Virus record (IMG/VR): IMGVR_UViG_3300032239_000697
Span: 1-42,070 of that record
DNA length: 42,070 nt
Direction: 5' to 3' (one strand)
Source of the DNA: a virus
Lineage: Duplodnaviria > Caudoviricetes
Of the stretch, positions 26,901 through 34,361 are shown one piece after another. Made by a program: the position numbers and the translations under genes. Below the pieces are notes generated by a model that was given only the letters and a program-made list of their open reading frames with translations, did no database searches and was not told the DNA's origin. The first letter of the stretch is position 1. Every line of letters starts with the position of its first letter.

Positions 26901-28834
26901 CTTATACCTCAATCACAAACTCTCCTTGGATTACAACAAATGCCTTCACGAGTCTAATTTCATCGTCCAACTTTGTTAATGCAACGGTCACCAATGGATT
27001 GACGGGAAACAGCAACAGCTTTTACGGAACATTCACTGGAACTTTAACAGCCACAAACGCAAACGGATCCACCACGGTTTCGGGAACCAGCATCACATTG
27101 ACGACAACAAATGCAACAAGCCTCAATACTTCTGGAGGCATTAACGCAAGTAGACAAATAGTTTCTTCTGGTTCTTATGTTCAAGGCACATATTTCAATT
27201 CATCTGCATCATTAGGATCGACGTATTTCAACACTGCCAACGGAGGCCTTGTGATAAGCGGTTCAGAAACATTGTTTTCAGGCGATAACAATCCAACCAT
27301 TGATGTCTCAACATCAACAGATCAAGCGTTGGTCATTAAAGGAAATCTTTACACTCAATCAGCTTCGCCCGCCTCCGGAAACATTGTGGCGGCATTGGGA
27401 GGCAAATTCTATGGTGATGGCGGTGGGTTGACGAATCTTCCATCCAGCACTCCTGCTGGTGTTTTAACAAACAATTATACGGCAAGCATTGTTGTGACAA
27501 ATGCGGGAGTGGCTACAATAATACGAAGCAATTCGGTCAACGCGACTTCATATTTGATTCCTGCAATATCAAACAATGTCGTTCCTTCCGCTAACGGATA
27601 TTCAATTTCAACGGCAAATCTAAACACCAACATAATTATATTGTCCGGTGCTGGAATCGCAACGGCAAATGGAAATTACTATTGGAATTCCTTGACCAAT
27701 GGATGGACAAATGCTTCGACTTCCCCATTCACCATCGTCGTTTCAACAAACACATTGGCGACAAACGCTTTGGCGGCGATTTCCAACACAGTCTATACGA
27801 CATCAAGAAGCACAAACCTTGCTACTTACGTTGGGCCTTCATCTGGTGTCGGTCTGTGGGCCAACGGTTTGAATCCTTCTTATACCAATTTGTCAACTGT
27901 TCCAGTGTCGTCTTGGAACTATACAAACGGCGGGCTAATGAACATCACGTTTTCACCGGATGGAACAAATCAAACAACTCCTCTGACTTTAAGTAGTAAT
28001 CTCGTGACAGTAAATTCTTTAACAGCAAATTCTTTAAAAGTATTGACGGGGACAAATACTGGAACTGGTGGAATTGTATTTTCGGACAGCATTATAATCG
28101 GCGGTTCTGGAACATCATCAGGAATAGCTCAAAGGAGTTCAGACAACACAGGCATGATTGCTATAGGTAATAACGCAGCCTATAATATGCTTTCTTCTCC
28201 AAAGCCAATTTGTATTGGGGAAAATGCTGGTTATCAGGCAGATATAAATCAAGGAATAGCTATTGGAAATAATGCTCTTTATCAAGGGCATAGTGCTTCG
28301 TTTTCTGTTATTATTGGGTATGATGCGGCCTATACTGCAACAAAAAATTATGATTCTATTATAATAGGGGATCATGCTGGTTATGGTGGGGGGGATAATA
28401 GTGGTGCTGTAATATTAGGAACCTCCGCAGGATCTGGTGGAGGGTCGGCATATAATTCGTTATTTAATAATGCCGTAATAATAGGTAATAATGCTGCATA
28501 TTCAACCGTTAACAATTCAAACAATGTAAATTCAATTGTTATCGGATCAAGTTGTTCTGTTGCGACAAGCAATTCGATCAACATTGGTAATACAATTTAT
28601 GGAAACAGAGGAACAGCATCCATTACTATTCCCGGATCAGTTACGGCAACGAATGGGTTTGTTCTTAATCAGCTATCCGCAATTCCCACAAACTCTATTC
28701 CATCACCTTCATCAACAACCACAAACTGGGTGCTTTTGAATTTAACCGGAAACGCTTATTTGGTGGCAACAAACACAATTTCCGGTGGATGGCTGTATCA
28801 AAAATTAACGTCCTCAATTACTACGACTCCATGA
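23993..28834 (+). CDS. giant mosaic adhesin / tail-fibre-like protein with signal peptide, pectin-lyase-fold beta-helix and YadA-head-like repeats
   Basis: Leader MKKTLFIFLTLMLLCLSVFS; GH28-like FDG...SGDDAI...HG.GIR; repeated (A/I)IG..A.Y units at about 28150-28590; repeated G.G.GLTN linkers. Confidence 0.75.
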   Translation: MKKTLFIFLTLMLLCLSVFSADTNCNVYYNLANFSLSPVANSRVTVTPLWPLGSYNGQILSPTSVAQNTDANGLTTFSNIVSGYAYRVQLYPSGTTFTNVITVGVTGTVNGHDYIGNFAGQFFQYYYTSNLLAASFDPLGAAQQATNTIAAPAIVGLVTSNQIATINPSQIYPAVSVSGGQTNWSVGAITNAGILYNGTTYAFVTNNNGGSLTNLNIAGSGGVTNGSPVIRLSFFLTNDVSNVGLNATAPASAPQIATIQSIFNNTSNSTIIVDGKYSAYNLRLNSGTKLVAAFDGAGFIMPTNSGWPLVGNKNWSSNACIDKDIYIDGVTFNGAGDSQSPSYSNANFVGISVIGQFIGVQNSTFKNCRFFNNRTFANLAMNMTNLFVENCTFDCGIKGDLPYFDGSFHLNGPIKNYWLVNCYIRSGDDAIPLNADDGFDYVYPYTPYYTGGNIAGVHLYNNYIDNKTNPHGMGIRLLCGAHSISDVYVDGLSGQCYGSWLVQFPYPSVLPPGDGYFTNINFKNINMDVLNTNSYINGLSSYNGQAIISVGYCDREIFQNVTVYNRTNVTQTPAFYINGYLNTGICKFGELIFDGIKSTSATNSYTLPISKANIDRLVFKNCDFNEPNTFQTATGPIQFYSSTIGYLVSQNNTAIGWTNLFYIWPGNNSITATVGNYISGIVGGNPTNVFLGAISTDIGFTGNGSGLTNIPLNGLQVQPLTNNYANNVSFNSTIQLNGPVTVSNAVTSYSGSTTNPAPYEFVTQQYVQNLLNSGQILYGTSNTIATGGITNTINGVQNTVSLIFSNAAPLAYVKAFTFAAGDVGNYFATIITTNKFQSISGPIVSSYYLTLNTGAGHALTIAPDVFITYDLTNLVLVSSGASQSIVVGNTVTNLYTWTSSAAQYNSTNAAGFYIVRRTKCIAQVGAPTLWVSGGGANTTTLAFNSSVGSSGNYSGTFTGNGAGLTNLSLPYTSITNSPWITTNAFTSLISSSNFVNATVTNGLTGNSNSFYGTFTGTLTATNANGSTTVSGTSITLTTTNATSLNTSGGINASRQIVSSGSYVQGTYFNSSASLGSTYFNTANGGLVISGSETLFSGDNNPTIDVSTSTDQALVIKGNLYTQSASPASGNIVAALGGKFYGDGGGLTNLPSSTPAGVLTNNYTASIVVTNAGVATIIRSNSVNATSYLIPAISNNVVPSANGYSISTANLNTNIIILSGAGIATANGNYYWNSLTNGWTNASTSPFTIVVSTNTLATNALAAISNTVYTTSRSTNLATYVGPSSGVGLWANGLNPSYTNLSTVPVSSWNYTNGGLMNITFSPDGTNQTTPLTLSSNLVTVNSLTANSLKVLTGTNTGTGGIVFSDSIIIGGSGTSSGIAQRSSDNTGMIAIGNNAAYNMLSSPKPICIGENAGYQADINQGIAIGNNALYQGHSASFSVIIGYDAAYTATKNYDSIIIGDHAGYGGGDNSGAVILGTSAGSGGGSAYNSLFNNAVIIGNNAAYSTVNNSNNVNSIVIGSSCSVATSNSINIGNTIYGNRGTASITIPGSVTATNGFVLNQLSAIPTNSIPSPSSTTTNWVLLNLTGNAYLVATNTISGGWLYQKLTSSITTTP

Positions 28835-29139
28835 ACAAAAAACTCCTTCTATCCTTGCTTCTAATCTCATCCGCCGCACTCTCTCAGGATGTGCCGCCGG
28901 TTGTCGATCCGACTCCTGCACCGCCAATCGCTCCGTCCATCAACATTTCCAGCGTGACCAATGTCATCACCATCGTGGACCCGATCATCCTGACCGCCGA
29001 CCAGATGGCGGGGATCATCTCAATGATTCAAAGCAGTGGCATCTCAGCCAATGTGCCGATCACCACGAACAATTTGAATAGGGTGAGCGTGATGAAGAAC
29101 GTCGATGGGACGTTCACTGTGAGAATTTCAGTCAATTAG
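28831..29139 (+). CDS. signal-peptide hypothetical protein
   Basis: Leader MNKKLLLSLLLISSAALS followed by a Pro-rich linker; ATGA overlap with upstream gene. Confidence 0.7.
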   Translation: MNKKLLLSLLLISSAALSQDVPPVVDPTPAPPIAPSINISSVTNVITIVDPIILTADQMAGIISMIQSSGISANVPITTNNLNRVSVMKNVDGTFTVRISVN

Positions 29140-29149
29140 CCAAGGATTT

Positions 29150-29326
29150 ATGAATCGAATCGTTGAAGATGCCAAGGCGGCAGGGGCCGCAGCGGTGGGG
29201 GTGGGAAGCCAATATTTACCGTTTAGCCAATGGTTGCAGATCGCGTTGGGAATGCTGTCGTGCGTTTATCTCATCATCCGCATCTTCAAAGCCTTGCGCG
29301 ATTGGAATTTCAAAGATCACGAATAA
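29150..29326 (+). CDS. small membrane protein, holin-like (58 aa)
   Basis: Manual translation MNRIVEDAKAAGAAAVGVGSQYLPFSQWLQIALGMLSCVYLIIRIFKALRDWNFKDHE*. Confidence 0.6.
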   Translation: MNRIVEDAKAAGAAAVGVGSQYLPFSQWLQIALGMLSCVYLIIRIFKALRDWNFKDHE

Positions 29327-29330
29327 TTTT

Positions 29331-29924
29331 ATGAACCAAACACAAATAGCCTCACTCATCCGCACTGGATTAAAAGTCCTTGGCACTGCATTGGCCACAC
29401 ACGGCCTTACAACCGCAGCGACCATCCTCAACTCAGAAGATGTCATTGGGCTAATCATAATGGCCTACGGCGTCATCTTGAGCCATCTGGAGCATGATAG
29501 AGACAAAACTAAAGCGGGTGGCAACATTCCATTGGCAATTATTGGAGGGTTGTTTGCTGCATCGTTTCTTAGCGGATGCGCCAACACCGTTTATAAATCA
29601 CCGGCAAATCAAACGCTCATCACTGAGCGATTCTTTGGCATCAAAGTCACAGCGACCAGCGGCAGCGGCACGCCTGAAGTTTGCTTGGGCGCGGGTTCAT
29701 CCACCTTTGCTGTCAATCCCGTGTCCACCAATACGCTTTACGCTGCTCCCAGCTTCTCGACTGTCGAGTTCTCACAGAGCATAAATCCATTCGCTACAAG
29801 CGGGTCTGAGAGCGCAGGATGGGGCAACGTAGCGGTTAGCCTTTCGACCAATGCGACAGCCCAATCTCAGGTCATCGTTCCTAAAGCCAAAGCCCCTCCC
29901 GCTAAATCGATTTCGTTGTTCTGA
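29331..29924 (+). CDS. holin-like membrane domain fused to a lipobox-containing domain
   Basis: Start MNQTQIASLIRTGLKVLGTALATHG; TM VIGLIIMAYGVIL; internal hydrophobic segment ending LSG-C. Confidence 0.6.
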   Translation: MNQTQIASLIRTGLKVLGTALATHGLTTAATILNSEDVIGLIIMAYGVILSHLEHDRDKTKAGGNIPLAIIGGLFAASFLSGCANTVYKSPANQTLITERFFGIKVTATSGSGTPEVCLGAGSSTFAVNPVSTNTLYAAPSFSTVEFSQSINPFATSGSESAGWGNVAVSLSTNATAQSQVIVPKAKAPPAKSISLF

Positions 29925-29926
29925 TT

Positions 29927-30685
29927 ATGCGAACATCTCCACGTTACGGGTGGATTAAGCAAAGGCCGGATTTTAGGGATTACAAGTTTGTCCCTAAGCC
30001 TCAAGCGGAAGCCATTCCGTATAAAGTGGATTTGACTGAAACCGGATTTATGCCTCCGGTTTATAATCAGGGTCAGATTGGGTCTTGCACTGCCAATGCC
30101 ATTGCAGCGGCATTTGATTATGAACGAAAGAAACAAGGCGAAGAATTTATAACTCCTTCAAGATTATTCATTTACGCAAATGAACGATTGATGGAAGGAA
30201 CAGACCTTGGCAATGATTCAGGGGCGCAGATCCGAGATGGAATCAAGTCAGTTTCCGATCTTGGTGTATGTCCTGAAAGCTTGTGGCCTTATCATGAAAA
30301 CGCTTTCAATGTAAAACCGCCTCAATGTTGTTACGACCAAGCATTGAATGATAAAGCATTGCAGTATCATTCTGTTGACGCCAACAACTTGATGGTTGCT
30401 TTGGCTCAGGGCAATCCGGTGACTGCTGGCATTACCATCTATGATTCGTTTGAATGGCCTCAGGTGGTTGAAAAAGGAATTGTTTCAATGCCTAAAAGCA
30501 ATGAGCATTGTCTTGGTGGTCATGCTATACTTTTAGTTGGTTACGACATGGAATTTAAAATATACATTGCAAGAAATTCTTGGGGATTTCAATGGGGACA
30601 AAACGGATATTTTTCTCTTCCATTTGATTACGTTCACAATGCAGATTTAGCTTCCGATTTTTGGGTTATCACTCAAACGTCTTGA
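29927..30685 (+). CDS. papain-like cysteine peptidase, family C1
   Basis: NQGQIGSCTANA (Q, C), GGHAILLVGY (H), RNSWG (N); PSRLFIYANER. Confidence 0.93.
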   Translation: MRTSPRYGWIKQRPDFRDYKFVPKPQAEAIPYKVDLTETGFMPPVYNQGQIGSCTANAIAAAFDYERKKQGEEFITPSRLFIYANERLMEGTDLGNDSGAQIRDGIKSVSDLGVCPESLWPYHENAFNVKPPQCCYDQALNDKALQYHSVDANNLMVALAQGNPVTAGITIYDSFEWPQVVEKGIVSMPKSNEHCLGGHAILLVGYDMEFKIYIARNSWGFQWGQNGYFSLPFDYVHNADLASDFWVITQTS

Positions 30686-30690
30686 TTAAA

Positions 30691-30867
30691 ATGGAAAAAC
30701 ACGAAATTCGGGCAATTAAGAAGCTCAACCAGATCTACGAGGAAATTAAAAAAGATCCTAAAGACTGGCATTCGATTGCACATTTATCGAGGGATTTGTG
30801 TGCTGTAGCAACAGCGGTAAATTCAAATCCTAAATATGAAAACAAGCGGCTTGTTCACAGCGCATGA
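30691..30867 (+). CDS. small hypothetical protein
   Basis: ATG at 30691, between the peptidase and phosphoesterase genes. Confidence 0.45.
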   Translation: MEKHEIRAIKKLNQIYEEIKKDPKDWHSIAHLSRDLCAVATAVNSNPKYENKRLVHSA

Positions 30868-31729
30868 ATTTAACATTCCAGCGACTTACGGAAAAGAATC
30901 CAGAATAATTGTTTTTGGAGATGTTCACCGCGATTCTCCAAATCATGCGGATGAACGGTGGAAAGAAGATTTGGCCTATTGGAAGCAGCAAGAAGATTGC
31001 TACTTCCTTGGGATGGGAGATTACTTAGATTCAACTTCCACCAGCGAAAGGGAATGCCTTGGAAACATTAACAAGGCCATGCACGATACCTTCCGCAAAG
31101 ATATTGAATTATTGCAAGAAGCTAAAGTGGATTTAATTGCCAATGAAATTAAATTCATGAAAGACCGATTGATTGGTCTAGTGAACGGAAATCATTATTA
31201 CAATTTTTTATCTAACAAATTGTCAGGGCTAAATTCAGATCAGCTTTTGGCTCAGAAATTAAATTGTAAATATTTGGGAGTTTGCTCTTTAATTAGGGTT
31301 ACGTTTCAGTTTTCAAAAAATGGACACAGGCATCCTATTGATTTCTTTGTTCATCACGGAATGGGAGCAGCAAGATTGATTGGAGGAAGTTTAAACCGAG
31401 TAGCGCAAATGTTTGAAGGAGTAGAAGCTGATATTGCGATAATGGGCCACGATCACAAACGTGGAGCCGTTCCCACGACTCCAAGATTGTTTTTAAGGAA
31501 TCATCCATCATCTGGCCTTGAAGTAATGCAAAGGGAAACTTGGGCAATCAGAAGCGGATCTTACCTAACAAACTTTCGTCCCAATGAAGTGAACTACAAT
31601 GTTGATTCTTGTAGGCCGCCTTCTTCATTGGGACACGTTGAGATTCGGATTAAATTCACCAAAAAAGAAACAAAGGTGAATGGAAAACGAAAAGCAGATG
31701 TTCAGAAGATCATCCGTTGCTTATCTTAA
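30836..31729 (+). CDS. calcineurin-like metallophosphoesterase
   Basis: GDVH, MGDYLD, NGNH, HHG, MGHDH motifs. Confidence 0.88.
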   Translation: MKTSGLFTAHEFNIPATYGKESRIIVFGDVHRDSPNHADERWKEDLAYWKQQEDCYFLGMGDYLDSTSTSERECLGNINKAMHDTFRKDIELLQEAKVDLIANEIKFMKDRLIGLVNGNHYYNFLSNKLSGLNSDQLLAQKLNCKYLGVCSLIRVTFQFSKNGHRHPIDFFVHHGMGAARLIGGSLNRVAQMFEGVEADIAIMGHDHKRGAVPTTPRLFLRNHPSSGLEVMQRETWAIRSGSYLTNFRPNEVNYNVDSCRPPSSLGHVEIRIKFTKKETKVNGKRKADVQKIIRCLS

Positions 31730-32026
31730 TTTGCGAGGTGGAGGGCCAGCGGTAAAGCGAGTGGTCTTTGCTGAAGAAGCTTTATCGACCGAATCCACCT
31801 TGCACCTGTTATAAATAGAGATCATTGCCATCGTGCCATAATCTCCCGCTCTGCCCGACTTCTTAATCATCAATGCTTGCTCTCTAATGACCTTTAGGGC
31901 CATCACAGCTCTAATGTAGTCACCAGACTCATCTTTCTCAAATACCCAGCTCCAAGCCGATTCTGGATCGGCAGATGAAGCTGGGATAAGTGAAGGCTTA
32001 AAGTATTCCCTCCAGAGTTGTTTCAT
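31721..32026 (-). CDS. hypothetical protein
   Basis: Probable start MKQLWREYF at 32026 (ATGA overlap). Confidence 0.6.
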   Translation of the reverse strand: MKQLWREYFKPSLIPASSADPESAWSWVFEKDESGDYIRAVMALKVIREQALMIKKSGRAGDYGTMAMISIYNRCKVDSVDKASSAKTTRFTAGPPPRKLR

Positions 32027-32316
32027 TTCTTCTTTTTTGACAATGGATGTCGGCCACCGGCAATAACATAAACGATGTTCTTGCTGCAACCTACAATCTG
32101 AGCAATGGAATCAGCCGTCATATTCTTTTTGGCACTCATCTCCATGATTAAATCATATTCTTCCTGAGTGACCCGCTTATACATTGGTCTAGGCTGTTTA
32201 TGATTTGGCTTTGCCTTCTCAACTAATTTTGACCTTTCAAACTCAGCTTTGTATTTTTCCCGAATGTATTCCAACGTACTCATGCACGATTCAATCTGTT
32301 CACCTGTTACGATCAT
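32023..32316 (-). CDS. HTH DNA-binding protein
   Basis: MTADSIAQIVGCSKNIVYVI. Confidence 0.65.
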   Translation of the reverse strand: MIVTGEQIESCMSTLEYIREKYKAEFERSKLVEKAKPNHKQPRPMYKRVTQEEYDLIMEMSAKKNMTADSIAQIVGCSKNIVYVIAGGRHPLSKKKK

Positions 32317-32669
32317 TTGTTTATCCTTTTTGATGCACTTGCTTTTCCCCTAGCAACTGCTTTGTTATAGTTTTCCGTATCTTCCTTGTAATCCTCTTCT
32401 GCACGTTTCTGATGCCACATTCCGTTTTCATCCATGCAAAAGAAATGTTCGTTGTCAAAAATGACTGAAAAGGCATAAGCCCATTCGGAGTCACTAGATC
32501 TGCAAATCCGTTGCAAATACTTCTCGTCATTGGGAAGTCCTTTGCAATGAGTATGACTCCTGTAATGCCAGATTGCCCTGAGGTATCCCATAGCAACTCC
32601 ATCTGGCAATCCTTCAACTGCTGGAAAGAAGTCTTTTCCATAAAACTTCATGTATTGATCTGGCTTCAT
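32313..32669 (-). CDS. DUF1376 (YdaU-like) replication-associated protein
   Basis: YMKFYGKDF...GYLRAIWHY...LPNDEKYLQRICR...W....F....W.QKR. Confidence 0.75.
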   Translation of the reverse strand: MKPDQYMKFYGKDFFPAVEGLPDGVAMGYLRAIWHYRSHTHCKGLPNDEKYLQRICRSSDSEWAYAFSVIFDNEHFFCMDENGMWHQKRAEEDYKEDTENYNKAVARGKASASKRINK

Positions 32670-33481
32670 AACTTTTGCCAAACTTTTGAGTTTATGTCAG
32701 ATTCAATTAGCTGCTTAGTTCCTCCTTTGCGGACAAACTCACGAACATCTTTGATAGGGGATATAGGCATCCAAATGACAGACGAAAGGCCAATTTCTTT
32801 CTGTAGCTTTTTGGCTCCTTCATTTCCAGCCCTTCTTCCGTTCTTCATTGAATCATTGTCAGCGACAACGACCACCTTGAAGATCTTGGACTTTATCAGA
32901 TGTTCCTTTATCATTTTGCCACCGGCATTGCAGGAAGGCCTACCAATGGCATATAATCCTAGCGTCAGCATCGCAGCGGTATCGGTTGGTCCCTCGACAA
33001 GATAGGCAACTCTTTCGCCTTTAATTTGAATCTGAGGAATAAAGATTCCCGATCTGCTACCAGTGACCGCCCATTTCTTTCCTTCGTTGTTCCGTAACCG
33101 AATGCCGATGATTTCATTGTTCCCGTCTCTCATTGGAAAGGCCCAAGCATTGTATTCAAAGGAATATGATGCTGACAGGTCAATCAAGGATTGAACCGAT
33201 ACGCCAAGATCAATGGAATGCTTGTAAATGAGAGATTCATCCTTTGACCAACGCTCAATCATTGACGCAGCATTGATCCTTGGAGGAGCCTTTTCCCGCT
33301 TTGGCATTGGGATGTATTCAATCTTCTTTCCTTCAAAGAAGTGATACCAACCTCCATCTTTCGATGGATGCTCAGACGCAACCCGCATACAGACGTATGC
33401 AACATCACCAAATCGGCAAGTCCAATCATTGTGACCGCACGATGGACATGGTTTTTCTTTTGTAAAATGAGGCCAGATCAT
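32666..33481 (-). CDS. DNA primase (Zn-binding plus Toprim)
   Basis: CPSCGHNDWTC...C; LVEGPTD; VVADND; PIKDVRE. Confidence 0.88.
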   Translation of the reverse strand: MIWPHFTKEKPCPSCGHNDWTCRFGDVAYVCMRVASEHPSKDGGWYHFFEGKKIEYIPMPKREKAPPRINAASMIERWSKDESLIYKHSIDLGVSVQSLIDLSASYSFEYNAWAFPMRDGNNEIIGIRLRNNEGKKWAVTGSRSGIFIPQIQIKGERVAYLVEGPTDTAAMLTLGLYAIGRPSCNAGGKMIKEHLIKSKIFKVVVVADNDSMKNGRRAGNEGAKKLQKEIGLSSVIWMPISPIKDVREFVRKGGTKQLIESDINSKVWQKL

Positions 33482-33498
33482 AGTTTTGATTGAAAGTT

Positions 33499-33581
33499 GC
33501 CAGCGAGTCCGAGCGATAGGCTATAATAAGAAGATGAGTGAGTTAAACTAATCTAAACCTATTTCTCGGTTGTTCGCTGGC
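33499..33581 (-). other. long interrupted stem-loop in the primase leader
   Basis: GCCAGCGA/TCGCTGGC, CCGAG/CTCGG and ATAGG/CCTAT arms around an AT-rich loop. Confidence 0.55.
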
Positions 33582-33587
33582 TAAATT

Positions 33588-34361
33588 TTATATAAAACAT
33601 TCTCCTGACGGACAAGACGCTGAAAACAAATCGTCCGGCTTGCTAAGATCGGCGTCTTGCAAGGGTTTGATTGAACTGTGAATAAAAGCATAAGGATCTG
33701 TTTCCCTTATGCTGTTATCTAAGTTTATTGCGGCCTTAAAAAGTTCGGGATGATTGTCTTTAACTTCAGCCCATTCATAATCCGATTGATTGGGACACAT
33801 CCAACATCGAGATCTTGGCGGAGTCGGCCATCCCATCTTTTCTACAATTCTTATAGCTTCTTGTCTTTTTGTGGGAATATCTACAAGTGGAAAACGAATT
33901 AATCCCTTTTTGTATTGATCTCCATTTTGCATTCTCAAAATGCGTTCAGTTTCGTCAAAAGAAAAACCAATCCATTTGCAATATTTGCTACGAGTTATTC
34001 CTTGAGTTTGAGAAAGCCATCTATCTATTGGTTCTCCTTTCCAATGTTTAGAACAAAATGCAGATAATTTAGACGTCTGCCCGTTCATGTTAGAAAAAGC
34101 GGGAATTTGTAAAGCTCCAGAAGTAAAAATTCCTTTAGCTTTTTCTCGAGACCATTCATTGGCTTTAATTTTTACAATTTCAATTCCGATTTTTTTTAGT
34201 GCTGGCCCCGTAATTTGATCCATGTATTCCCAAGTGGTTAGCATTTCTTTGCCAGTGTCTGCAATGACAACGTAATCAGGTTTAGGCAATTTGCCTTGAA
34301 TAATCAAAGCTGAAATAGCTGTGCTTTGAGTTCCTCCTCCAGTTGAAAATACTTGTATCAT
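33588..34361 (-). CDS. PAPS-reductase-like (adenine nucleotide alpha-hydrolase) protein
   Basis: PP-loop FSTGGGTQSTA, IADTGKE, CSKHWK, WIGFSFDE..R, FPL, PPRSRCWMCP, C-terminal CPSGECF. Confidence 0.75.
   Translation of the reverse strand: MIQVFSTGGGTQSTAISALIIQGKLPKPDYVVIADTGKEMLTTWEYMDQITGPALKKIGIEIVKIKANEWSREKAKGIFTSGALQIPAFSNMNGQTSKLSAFCSKHWKGEPIDRWLSQTQGITRSKYCKWIGFSFDETERILRMQNGDQYKKGLIRFPLVDIPTKRQEAIRIVEKMGWPTPPRSRCWMCPNQSDYEWAEVKDNHPELFKAAINLDNSIRETDPYAFIHSSIKPLQDADLSKPDDLFSASCPSGECFI

Noticed and set aside
29163-29330. N-terminal 56 aa of the ORF-track 253-aa ORF
   Set aside because: This stretch is better explained by the separate 58-aa membrane ORF 29150-29326 in another frame; the real start is probably ATG 29331.
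32321-32641. 106-aa same-strand ORF overlapping DUF1376 as a second dual-coding locus
   Set aside because: No recognisable motif in the alternative frame, and DUF1376 is complete in one frame, unlike the RusA case.
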